From Pseudogymnoascus verrucosus (taxonomy: Eukaryota), in the NCBI GenBank assembly GCA_001662655.1, contig KV460215.1: DNA of 64,000 bases; one strand, 5' to 3'. Positions 24,501-35,728 of this stretch are shown here, piece after piece. Below the pieces are notes generated by a model, which saw only the letters and a list, made by a program, of their open reading frames with translations, was not told the origin of the DNA and made no database searches. The position numbers and the translations under genes are program-made. The first letter of the stretch is position 1; each line of letters opens with the position of its first letter.

Positions 24501-24860
24501 TGGCCAGGAATCTTTGGGCTCGACATTGTGCTTCCCCTCTGGATGTGGCAGCATTCCGCTTCCCGGCAAGGTATTTGAGAGATCGCCATCCCCGTCGTGA
24601 TGCTCGAGGTCTGTGTTAGCTGGCGAAGTCTGTTGATGGAGTTCATCTGGGCAAGATCTGACATTTGTAGCCATGTCTATCTGGCTCGCACGTTCTGCGG
24701 ACAAGTTCTCGGAATCGTCGATTCGCACATCTACGCCACTCAGATTAGACCAAGAGGTCTTATAATAATGCCTATGTGGCTCAGACTTACCATCTTCCAC
24801 AGAATGTTGCATATCGGAAGCCAACAAAGCCGCAGACAGGTCCTTTCTCCCGGCGACCAT
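21522..24860 (-). CDS. F-box domain protein, uncharacterized
   Basis: 1112-aa ORF with an F-box [28 protein letters not shown] after a disordered N-terminus. Confidence 0.8.
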   Translation of the reverse strand: [1112 protein letters not shown]

Positions 24861-25403
24861 GGTGTCCCTTGACTCCGGATTTGAGTCGCTGATGACTGGG
24901 TATGGGGGAGCCGCCGGAGGCAGGTGACAGTTTGTCAGAGGCGTACTTTTTGCGACTCCCCGTGAAAGATGTATATGCGAAGTCGTAGCTCGATTTGCCT
25001 CGCCCGAGGCAAGATCGGCGGCAGTGTGAGCATAATAGAACTAGACGAGGACCATAGGAGAAGGGCGGTAGACAATGTATACTCAGCAGAATAATGATAA
25101 TCAATTTGATATATGAACTGTAATGAATGGCCCCACGTCACCTTGCTGGAGTAGGAATATGTGGTGGCGGCCTCTGAAAGTATTATGGAATCGTTCATGA
25201 GCCTTCCAGAGGTGACTGAAGACCTCACTGCAGTTGCACTTTCATAAACTCAAACAAGCAAGAGCGACTGGCTGGGTCACATACTTTGACGCTAAATATC
25301 CATCGATGACCTTGATCAAATTAAGAAGGTGCATTCTAACTCCATGCCCCACGCTATGCCCATACCAATTAGATCCAATAGTAATAATATGTATGCGCTA
25401 ATC

Positions 25404-28112
25404 TCAGACATTGCTATCGCCATTCTCTCGCCATATATGGGTATCTCCTAAACTCACAGAGCTCGCGGTGCTCTCTTCGTGCTCCAGTGTTCTTGGTGTT
25501 TCCCCACCAGCGCTGGGCCTCTGGTGAATCCACATTTTCTCTAATCTGATGCAGGTTAGGACAACTGTGGCAAGAGCCAGATATTTAAGGGCACTTACGG
25601 TACAACCAAACTTGGGTTGACAAACTTTTGATCCCTTTCCCTATCCTCATCTATAGTACTGCGACGACGGATGCGTCCGGGTGGTCGATGGATGCCGAGG
25701 TATTCGTCAGCAAGGTTGACTTCCTCGTTGTTATCTCGTCGTATGCTTCGTAGCGCAATATATTTAGTTAAAGGCTCAAAAGTTCGGGCGAAGAAATAGC
25801 TAAACCACATGGTGAACATTATAAGTGGCAGGACGAGAAGAGCCGCCGTAAAGGCTTGCTTCAGAGCAATCACTCCCGCCATTGCCAGTTGGAAGATACC
25901 AAGACCCAGCATGATGCGGTAAGATATCATAGTCCATGCTGCACCTGTTGCGTGTTGCGGGTGGTCCATTGCGTAAAGAAGTTGGTACTTGTATGTGAAG
26001 TAGCCAAGGACAAAGTAAATGAGCCCAAATAAAAGGACCAGGAACCCTGCTGGGAGTATGCTGTAGACAACGCATAAAATGAAAACAAGGAGCGATGTCG
26101 GAAGGTAGAACCCATACTTGAATACTGGCGGTTGGTCAAGTTCTGCAAAATCTCTTGGTGTTTCCGCTCCCCATCGCATGATAGGATACAAAGACACGCT
26201 GCCAAACTCTAGCAATCGCATCGGGAACAAGCCAATCCCCTGGAGCATGATAAAGTTCGTGTAGAATAATCCAAGGGTTTGTAGAGATGTCGCCAGGTTG
26301 TATGCGATCTTCGTTGAATCCTTAAGAGAATCTTGCAAAACAGGCCAAATTTTACTCGCCGTTCCAAAGACCGTGAAGACGAGGAAAAAGTTGAAGAAGG
26401 TGAACAAAAAGTTTTTGGATATCACAGACAACTCCACGTCACTTTGGGAGATTGAGCCTTGATAGTTCGCAAGGAAGTCATATAAGAACGGAACTGCCAC
26501 GTTGAGTAAAGACACAACGAGAGTGGGAAGACCCGTTTGCACAAGAGCTCTGATAATGTCATGGCGGGACAAAACTGCTGCAAGTTTGGGAGCAAACTTT
26601 TCGATGTAACATATGTTTAGCAACGATGCTAATGACGCAACTGGGATAAGCCAGATGGCTGTCAGAATCAAAATGAAGATAGTGATGCTCCAAGACCTCA
26701 ACATTCGACTAGACCGTGACAGGTATGTGTTTGACCATACTATGTCTGATGGCGCCGGTGCAAGAGAAGCGTGGAATTGCAAAGGTGTTGGGTCAATGAG
26801 AGCCTGGACAGCCATTTGAGCAGCCGGGATAGAATCCATAGTAACAAAGGCTAGTGGAGTGGCCGTATACTCCTTTTTTCTCGCATCCTTGATCTTCTCG
26901 TCGAGTCTTCGTAGATACTCCTCGTAGTAATCAATAGCATCCACTTTTTTGGTTGACAGGTTCCAAAATCCGCCTCGGATCCGAGTTGTAGGGCGCGGCT
27001 GGCCATATAATGACACTTCAATGGAGGCGTTGTCCAACAAATTATCACCCTCGTCCCGATCTTCATTCTCGTCTTGATCAGGATCGTCATGATATTCCGT
27101 TGGGGTTTCAGATGCGCGCTCAAAGTTTCTTTGGGCCCTTTGCCTCTTGAAATGAACAGAAACCACTTCTTCGAGCTTTCGGAGCGTCGCTGCCCTTTCT
27201 TCCATCAAGTCATCCAGGAATTTCCAATTGCGGCAAAGAGTTACGTTTTCCACTTTGCCTATCTTCAGTTTCTCCAAGATCTCTATAATTTTTTCTTCTG
27301 ATCTCAGTTCTTCTGGAATGCCCGAAATCCTTATGGTTTTGTCGGTAATCGTTGACTGGCTTCCCAGATAGTCTTGTCTGACCTTGATGATTTTTCGAGT
27401 CTCGGCAATGAGGAAGTAGATGGCCAGCCCCGTGAAAACATATGTAAACACCAGATATGCCCACAGATAACTTTCATCCTCTTCGACCTTATGTTTGCCT
27501 TTCCCGGCTGCGTATATATACACAAATCCTTGTGATACGTAGTGGGAGCTGGAAGCATCGGCAGTCGTTTCGTTGTCTTTCCTGTCCCCTCCACTCAAGT
27601 CGAGTCCAACAAAGTGCTTATTTATCGGTGCGATGATCACTGCTGCTAAGATGAATGCGACTCCGAGGAATTTTATCGCCATCTTGAAGAACGACAGGAA
27701 CTATACCAGTCAGCTATTTATTCGTTGTCCCCGCGCCAATATCAACATACCACAAACGCATCTAATCCAGCAGATGCGAGGACTTGCTCTTCTGTCACCT
27801 TGAATAGCACTGGTATCCAGCCGAAAAAAGTATCCGGTAAATCCGGCAGAGCCATGGCTGCATCGCTATGTCGTTTTCGGGCCGCATAGAGGCTCTTCCA
27901 TCGCGGACGTAGTATCTATGCATGATGGTCAGTGTATTGAACCGCAAAATACTCGGTAGCACCCTAAAACCTACGCAAAATGCTATGAAAGAAGAAACTC
28001 CCAAGCCCATCGAGATGACAAGTTGGACATAGATATCCTTTTCATTGGCCTTCGGACTGATAACATCGTCATCTTGGCACCCTTCGAGAGAGCTGAAAAG
28101 AGAGATGCTCAT
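25404..28112 (-). CDS. CSC1/OSCA/TMEM63 (DUF221, Rsn1-family) calcium-permeable stress-gated channel
   Basis: GLDAYVFL-like N-terminal region, AFVTM, APAPSDIVWSN, YFTYKYQLLYAM and many TM segments. Last exon ends GDSNV* at 25404. Confidence 0.9.
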
Positions 28113-29024
28113 CTTGCCCACATATTTTTTCGAGCAAACGAGGGTTGAGAAAGATAACCTTAGGGTTGATCTTCAGAAGGCGATAACATGATGGAAATTG
28201 TACCTGGCTTGGTCTTAGACGACTGTGATTATGACATAGTTAATGCCACCCCTGTCGCTTGGTCACGTGATGTGTATTTATTTGCTAGAGAGCATTGATG
28301 AGCACCCGTGACCTGTAAAACGGCCTTTCTACATAATCTGATTCTATATATTGACAACTCTAAAAAGGCAGCAGGCCCAGGTTCACATTGCTCCGGTACA
28401 ATAGAGAAGCATCAAACATTCACATAATAATCTCGTCCATGGAACAACGTTATAAGGCTAGGGAACATCAAAGTCATGTGTGGAGGAAGGTGGATTGGAG
28501 TCTGATATGGGCAAGTGAGAACCATGATCAAGCCAATGGCACCCGGTTGCTCCGAAGGACATCCAGAAAGGCAGACTGGGAGCATTGATTAAAACGGGAA
28601 TCAGTTCGGTCAGAAACAAGGTCCGGCGGCATATGAGGCAGTAATTTGCTGGATTGCTGGGAATAACGAGCATGCCGCTGGGATGGGCAACTTTGGCAGA
28701 AGGGGACTCGCCAAGCCACCCCATGGAAGCGTCGACGTCGAGAATTCCCTGGATATGCGAACCCATCATCGCAGCGAGCTAGGTGTCCTCCAAGTCGGTT
28801 GTGACGCAGATCCGACTTCGATGCGAAATGTTCCCATAGGCCCAATAGCCTTCTGCCGCATATCATCACAGTATTCGTCGCACATGAAGGACAAGCCTGG
28901 GGTATTTGGAAATCGTTGTATTTCTGTGTGCTTCAACGCCCCTCAGCCAGTATCTGGTTGAAACCCAGCCCGCAGCTAATGCTTGCACAACCAAAGAAGA
29001 CCCTTTTCCTACACCCAGGCACGC

Positions 29025-29386
29025 TTATCTCAACCTTCTTGCCTCACGCTCGGACTCGAGTAGGCACAGGATATCATCCTCACGGACTATTGTAATATGT
29101 CAGCACTCTTCTTCCTCAAATCCAGTTATGGGTCGTCGCGGTATATTGGTCGGGGAAGTTCGTACCTGGGCCCTTGACGTTGCGGATAATGCTGCGGGTG
29201 GTGTCGTCCATGAACTCAACTCTGACCTGAGTAACACCTCCACGGGAACCTAGAAAACTGTCAGGACTTCGTCTTCCGAAATTACCGCGCGATTGCGTTC
29301 GCTGCGGCTACTCGATTGTGCATACCGGTACGGCCCAAAACGCGGGTGACCTTGACGAGCTTGACTGGGACCTTTGAGGTATCCAT
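29025..29386 (-). CDS. RPS28: 40S ribosomal protein S28 (eS28); 3 coding exons
   Basis: Manual splice: [68 protein letters not shown]. Not in the ORF track. Confidence 0.97.
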
Positions 29387-29728
29387 TTTGGCGAATTCTA
29401 CATACTGTCAGCATGTCGGCGGGCAGCTAATTCGGGCTCTGCACAACGTACATGAGTGATCGGGTCGTGGATTCGGAGGGGTTTGAAAGCTCGATGTCGT
29501 CGGCGGATGATTCCTACGCTTGGGTCAAGAATTCTCGGAATCGGTTGTAGGGCTCCAGAAGCGAGAAACCCTATTGCGACCGGCGAAACGTACACCCGAA
29601 GGATGACTTGATTCGGCTTAGCGTTTTTCTTGGCGGCTGAATTCCAAAAGCGGGCCGTGAATCGGCGGTTCCTGTGCCACGAGTTTTGGAGGGGTAAATC
29701 ATTGGTGGGATACAATTTCGAGATATCG

Positions 29729-29740
29729 GAGTCAGAGTCA
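29729..29740. promoter_or_regulatory. Two tandem Gcn4/CPC-1/CpcA core sites (TGACTC on the minus strand) upstream of HIS1
   Basis: GAGTCAGAGTCA about 250 nt upstream of the HIS1 ATG. Confidence 0.55.
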
Positions 29741-29982
29741 GAAGATCGAGACGAAATATCTCATTATAATCCTATTATCTCCCCAAACAACGCAATTTTA
29801 TTCCAAGATTAACGACCTATTTTGCGCCAAAGAAGCAATCAATTGCGAGCTTTTTCCAAAGTTCTCCGACCCGGTCTGCATTGCGCGACATTCACTGGAT
29901 AAAGTGAATTGTACGACCCTGCAGGTGGTGATACGATAAAGAGGGTGACCCCCCACCCCCTCTCCTCTTCTTCTTCTCTGCG

Positions 29983-31225
29983 ATGGATCTCGTAAACCAG
30001 TATGTGAATCCCCAGCTTCAACAGTCAAGGAAAGCCAAGCCAAACTTAGCGCGCCATGGGCTCCATCAGCAACGACACTGACCTCATTCGTCTCAGCCTC
30101 GAAGGACGACTCCTCTTCGCCGTTCCAAAGAGTAAGCAGCTTCCCCCCCTGCAAAACCACAGTCCAACTGCTTACACCATCCAGAGGGCCGTCTCAATGC
30201 CACCGCACTAAACCTCCTCGAAGGAGCCGACATCCAGTTCCGCCGCGAAAACCGCCTCGACATCGCGCTCGTCAAGAACCTCCCCATCGCCCTCGTCTTC
30301 CTCCCCGCCGCCGACATCCCCACATTCGTCGGAGAGGGTCAGGTTGATCTCGGCATCACGGGCTTTGACCAGGTCGCCGAGCACGATGCGCGCCGCCGCG
30401 CTATAGTCCGCGACCAGGCCGAGTCTGGGAAATCAACACCCGTGGAGGGCGCCACGCCGAAGGGCTGCGACCAACTCCTGGATCTCGATTTCGGAGCTTG
30501 CAAGCTGCAGGTCCAGGTTCCCGTTAAGGGAAAGTACAGGACACCTGCGGATCTGATTGGCAAGAACATTGGCACGAGCTTCGTCAGTCTTGCGGCTGAG
30601 TACTTTGCTAAGTTGGAGGCTGAGGCTGATGCCGCGAATGGCGAGACGTCGGGCCCGAAGCCGCTCAGGACTAAGATCATTGAGTTGAGCGGTAGTGTTG
30701 AGGCTGCTTGCGCGCTTGGTGTTGCGGATGGAATTGTTGATCTCGTTGGTAGGTCGTCTTCCTTCCATTTGAGGAGCACCACATTAACCGTGCCCTAGAA
30801 TCCGGAGAGACAATGAAGGCAGCTGGTCTAGAAGCCATCGACACTGTTGTGTCCACGAAGGCTATTCTAATCAAGTCAAAGAACCCTTCCAACAAGGCAA
30901 TGGTTGACCTGATCGCCTCAAGAATACAGGGTGTTATTTGTAAGTTTCCCCCTTGGCTCGTTTCCAGGGTCAGTCCCTAACTAGCATGCCAGCCGCAAAG
31001 CAATACGTTCTGTGCCAATACAACGTCGAGCGCAAGAACCTCGAGGCCGTTACCAAGGTCACCCCTGGCCGCCGCGCTGCCACCATCAACGCGCTTGAGG
31101 AGGAGGGTTGGGTTGCAGTTAGCTCAATGGTGGAGAAGAAGAGGATTGCGACAGTGATGGATGAGCTGTCGAGCCTTGGAGCGGAGGACATCTTGGTTAT
31201 GGGTATCTTGAACACACGTACGTAG
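29983..31225 (+). CDS. HIS1: ATP phosphoribosyltransferase (5 exons)
   Basis: Spliced MDLVNHLEGRLLFAVPKKGRL; FLPAADIPTFVGEG; GSVEAACALGVADGIVDLVESGETM; TPGRRAAT. Confidence 0.96.
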
Positions 31226-32242
31226 TGGGGTAGTGTTGTTAAAAGCAATTTGCGAAGTATTGGTCCGTATTGGGCCGCAGATCTGAGGCATCTCGATGCT
31301 GGAATTGGAATAATTTAACTCGAGGCATTTCTGTGGACGCATAACTGTTGAAGTTAGTCTAAATACAAAAGTTGACCTATTGGCATTAGTCGGATTAATT
31401 CAATCACACATTGACCATGCTCTTGTTAGTCTTGGTAGACGCCAAGGAGAGATATTCATTGTTGAATAAATACCCCAAGGACCTGCCTTCCTTGCAGACC
31501 AATGCGTTTAGTTACTATATATACAGGAATTTAAAAATATAATACCAATGAACAGGCTGGATTTATGGATAAATCGAGGCTAGTAGTAGTGTACGATTAC
31601 AGTGTCAATGTTGAGTTTCGCCTTTTAAGTTGGTAAATATAAAACCAGCAATGTATGAATTTCCATCCAACCGAATTTATTCGAATAAATAATGATAAAA
31701 CCGATCAACCACCAACAAGACGTCAAAATCAAACATAGATTAAATTCCTATTCCCTCACCCAATCATACAATTTTCATAGTGTCATTCTAACACATACTA
31801 TAATGTACTTTCTAGTTCTCACCATCCCGCCCCCGAAACGTCAACCCCCCCAAGCACCAGCACGCCATCTCTCAAGCCCCAACCCCAGCCATCTGTCCTC
31901 CCTTCATCCCGTCATATCACATCTTTCAAAAGCCACTCCTAGAATAAATTTACACCCCCTCCTCCAGCAAATCCCTCCCCACAGTTGTATAGGAGGGTGG
32001 TGGGGTTCCCAACAAATGCACAGCCTTGCATGACGTACGCGTCAGTCAGCCTCCCATCACCACGTCAGCCTCGTTTGGTTAATGTCGTATAAACACAACC
32101 AAAACGCTTTATTTGATGAGAAGAATGAATTTTAGCAAGAGAATGGGTTTGAAATTGCGATAATATATAATTCTATAATCTATAAATCCGGCCTAGCGAT
32201 AAACAAGGGCGACGACCCCAGTGATCCGCGCGAAGATTTACA

Positions 32243-32767
32243 ATGCCATCGTCTCCGTCATCACCTCCCACAACACGGCGGCGGACCTCATCACCACCGC
32301 CACAGCAGGAATATAGAGAATCCTCACTCTCGCGGGTATATACCCCCAAAACCTTGAATCGTCCCACACCAGCTAACACTCCGCAGCTCGTCATCGCCCC
32401 TATAACATTCTTCTCCTTCCTCCTCTCCCTCTTCCTAATCGACGCCCACACCACCTCCTCCCGGCGACGAGACCGCGCACCCCGCCAAAATGGAGGATGG
32501 CTGAGCGCAATGCTATGGAAGCCGAAACCGGGATCGCCGTATGCGTATGTAGGATCCGGGAGGGGGGGGAAAGGTGGTGGCGCAAAAAGAGGGGAGGATG
32601 AGGAATGGGTGTGGCATACGAAGCAGCGGAAGATGTTGAGGATGGAGGTGGTTGATGCGTTTGAGTTGAGGAGATGGGTTGTGGCTGCGTTGGGGGTGGT
32701 GGTGGTGGTTTTGGGGGGAGGAGGGTTATGGATTGGACGGTGGGTTTGGAGGTGGTGGGGGTGGTGA
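32243..32767 (+). CDS. Hypothetical membrane protein (two hydrophobic segments)
   Basis: 174-aa ORF with hydrophobic stretches LVIAPITFFSFLLSLFLID and WVVAALGVVVVVLGGGGLW. Confidence 0.65.
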   Translation: MPSSPSSPPTTRRRTSSPPPQQEYRESSLSRVYTPKTLNRPTPANTPQLVIAPITFFSFLLSLFLIDAHTTSSRRRDRAPRQNGGWLSAMLWKPKPGSPYAYVGSGRGGKGGGAKRGEDEEWVWHTKQRKMLRMEVVDAFELRRWVVAALGVVVVVLGGGGLWIGRWVWRWWGW

Positions 32768-33033
32768 TGGGAGGGAGTATGGGGATATGGGATTCGTCGG
32801 CGGCATGGCGTTAAGAGATATGGTGGGAAGTATTTTGGAGTTTGAAGGGTGTGTTGCTTGTGTCGCTTTTGGGGTTTGAGGGGTTAGTGGAGGATCAAAG
32901 GGGGTATTTGGTAAGGCACTCAATGAGCCGCCGTAACACTTGATGGGCAAAATGAAACCCATGACCGCGATAGTTCGTAGACATCTGATGTGCAAGTTTA
33001 ATGGAAGCCCTAACTGTGAAAGCTGGCAGGTTT

Positions 33034-33425
33034 CTCATGTTGTGGTGGCTCGTCGAGGATGGAAGGGACAAGACGTTATTTAGACCAACTCTAACACACA
33101 GAAGAGAGGAGAGAAGCCTCTCTAGCACAGTAGTCGCCCCTCGCACACAGCTAGGAAGAAACATTTGACCAGGCCAGTTTGAATATATTGAGGAGTGAGA
33201 AGGATCCTATCTCATGTCGTGGTTGCTCCTTGACCACAACTGGAAAGAAGAAGAGTTCACTAGACCAGCTTCAAGGCTCCCGTCGAAAAGAAAAGAACTA
33301 TCATGTAAAACATTTTATTAGACCAGCTTCAACACACCAGTGAGAGGGAAGCAGCCCTTTCTCTGCCGTGGTTGCCTCCTTGCACATGGCTAAGAAAGAA
33401 ATAGTTTGATTAAGTCAACCTAGTA
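33034..33425. repeat. Degenerate ~90-bp tandem repeat array (4-5 units)
   Basis: TAGACCAGCTTCAA-like motif at 33081, 33170, 33261, 33319 and 33411; CTCATGTYGTGGTKGCTC-like motif at 33034, 33211 and 33361. Confidence 0.65.
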
Positions 33426-33507
33426 TCAACGAGGGTGACAGAAGGGTGTATAAGCACTATTGGTACCATCTTACGAACTCATCCTAGGGTCGACTTTTTT
33501 TGTCAAC

Positions 33508-35728
33508 CACGTGCAAGAAACGATCTTTATATGTGCGGTGTCGCCGATCATTTCAAAGTCTTATCACCCCGTCTTACACGATATCTCCAGCACCCTGCCT
33601 CTCGCTTCCATGGAGCCACCGTCGGTATTGACCGACCAACAAGCATTTTCATGTAACAGCGGCTAAGCGGCATATCCGGCTGGGCGAATTAATATCGGTC
33701 ATCGCCTTCCGTTAGGGGACCAACGTTCGTTTCCAGAACATGCACGATGGGCACGTGCAGGGCATCTTGTGGACATCGATCTGCTCCTTTAAGCAGGGGC
33801 ATTTCCTTCTATTGATTCCAGAAGGGTATAGGATGTCACCCACCCCACGAGGTTGACACTCGCTTTCCGAGTCAACACCTGGGTAGTTCGCCAATAGTCG
33901 CCAAACGGAGGGGAACGCGCGTGTTGGGGAACCACTTTTGAGGTCGCTGAGACATGGTGAAGGGGGAGCTGGACGACAATAGATAGCACGAGAACACTAA
34001 GTCAACTATTGGGCATCACGCAGTGATGATGATAGGATTCTGGAATTCTGCAGCTTAAACGACCCCCAAGACCCTACAACTAGAGAACGATAGTGCCATA
34101 TTCGACGTCGCGTCGAGTTTGTAGAGGAGAGTTACGAGTCGCAGTTAAGATGAGAGAGAGAGAGAGGCATGATGAAGGAGTTGCATCAGCCACTGAGAGC
34201 CACACATGTAGAGAGGTGATGTTGAAAAATAGCCAATGAACGTCGAGGATGGATACACGTGGGTCCTAGGTGCACTGTCGTGCATGGGGTAGCTGGTCTA
34301 GGGGCGTATAGGCCCTGGTCTAGTGGCGGCAGAAACTCTCTCTTGGCGCCTGGCATCGCTTGGCGTTTATATTGGGCTAACGGGACGCGGTGCGGGTGTG
34401 GCAACGCCACGACGCCACGACGCGACGACGTCGAAGTGAAATCTGGAGGGAGATGCATGTTTACGTCTGTTTTCGGGTGGGTGAAACGGCAAGATGTTGC
34501 CGATACCTGCAGTTTTTAGAGGATGGCATGGGGGGTGGCACAAGGGGACCTTGAACTCCGCTATGACTGTCTACTTTGGGATTCCGAGGTCCATAGCGTT
34601 GCTTCGTCGCTGGCTCTTGATTGTACAGTGTCTCAGTGAGGCGTCACAAGAAGCAAGTATGTAATTGTAGATGCAAAGGGTCATTGGTCATAATGGCGCC
34701 GTAGTGTCAAATCACCAAGCTACATCATCTGCTCACGCATCTCCCTCATCTCCTCCTCCCGAGAGGATTTCTCATATTCTCCATAACAACTTCCCCATTA
34801 ACTAACAGTTTCCTTCGTATTGAAAATGAGCTTACAATTCCAACAAAAACGACTCGAGATTCTCCATATATACACCGAAAGCTGAGGAACACCAACACAC
34901 TCTAATACCACACGTGGGTTTAGCAGCATCTATTACCCGTTGCCAATTTTGTGCCAAGAACTCAAGCTCAACTTGGCATCGATGGCCTGCAACAAATACT
35001 GCTTCTTAGAGCGTTTTTTCCCTGCTCTTTCCCTGCCCTGTCCCTGCCTTTTCTTGGTCATCCCACCACGATCTCTTGGGATTGATAGGACTAGGGGACT
35101 GCAAGGGTATATCGTCAGTGCGGCGTAGTAGTGTTAGCATGCATCATCGTTCCTTCTAAAGGTATCACGCTATGTTCCACGGATGGGGCGATGTTTGTCA
35201 AGTCTGCTGCAATCCTTCGACTAACACCACTAACACCACCAACACGATCAACACTATTGTTTTCTTCACACCATCAGTTTGGAACTATTGCCGATGTTAC
35301 GCTCTTTTGCACGAATTCTCATTTTTAAGCGACTCCTTGGAAGGTGGCACTCGAGTAATTTGATTAATCCCCATGTACTTTCCTCAGCTTTGTCACTGCA
35401 ATACTCGTATTATCATAACGGCATGAACGGCTTGGCAACCGCTCTTGGGTCAGACCATGATCTACCGGTTGTTCCCAACCGATGCAATCTTCTCTACTAC
35501 TAAACCTTCAACTATCATTTCTCTATTGCGCCTGTAGTGTCATGCTCCCCCCGCCTCATGCCGCCCTCATGCCGCCCCATGTGCAGACTTGCCCGCCTTG
35601 AGGTTAGTCTTGGCTATCATAATGCTCCGCTCAGGTGCCTTTCCACCTGCAGCAAATTTGTCTGTCAACCTAAATTCGTTATAGTGGATGGATCATGTTA
35701 CGCAGCACCCACTATGGTCGATCCTGGC
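33508..35728. promoter_or_regulatory. Phosphate/pH-responsive upstream region of the phosphate permease gene
   Basis: CACGTG at 33508, 33752, 34256 and 34911 (last two CACGTGGG). GCCARG on either strand at 34342, 34349, 34359, 34953, 34972, 35431, 35609 and 35723. Confidence 0.6.

Noticed and set aside
28388..28961. Short ORFs and TGATGA box-C-like motifs downstream of RPS28
   Set aside because: ORFs show no homology that I recognise, and I found no suitably spaced box D with a terminal stem, so a snoRNA is not supported.
33081..33425. CRISPR-like reading of the regularly spaced TAGACCAGCTTCAA motif
   Set aside because: Eukaryotic context, no cas genes, and the intervening sequences resemble each other, so this is a tandem repeat rather than a repeat-spacer array.
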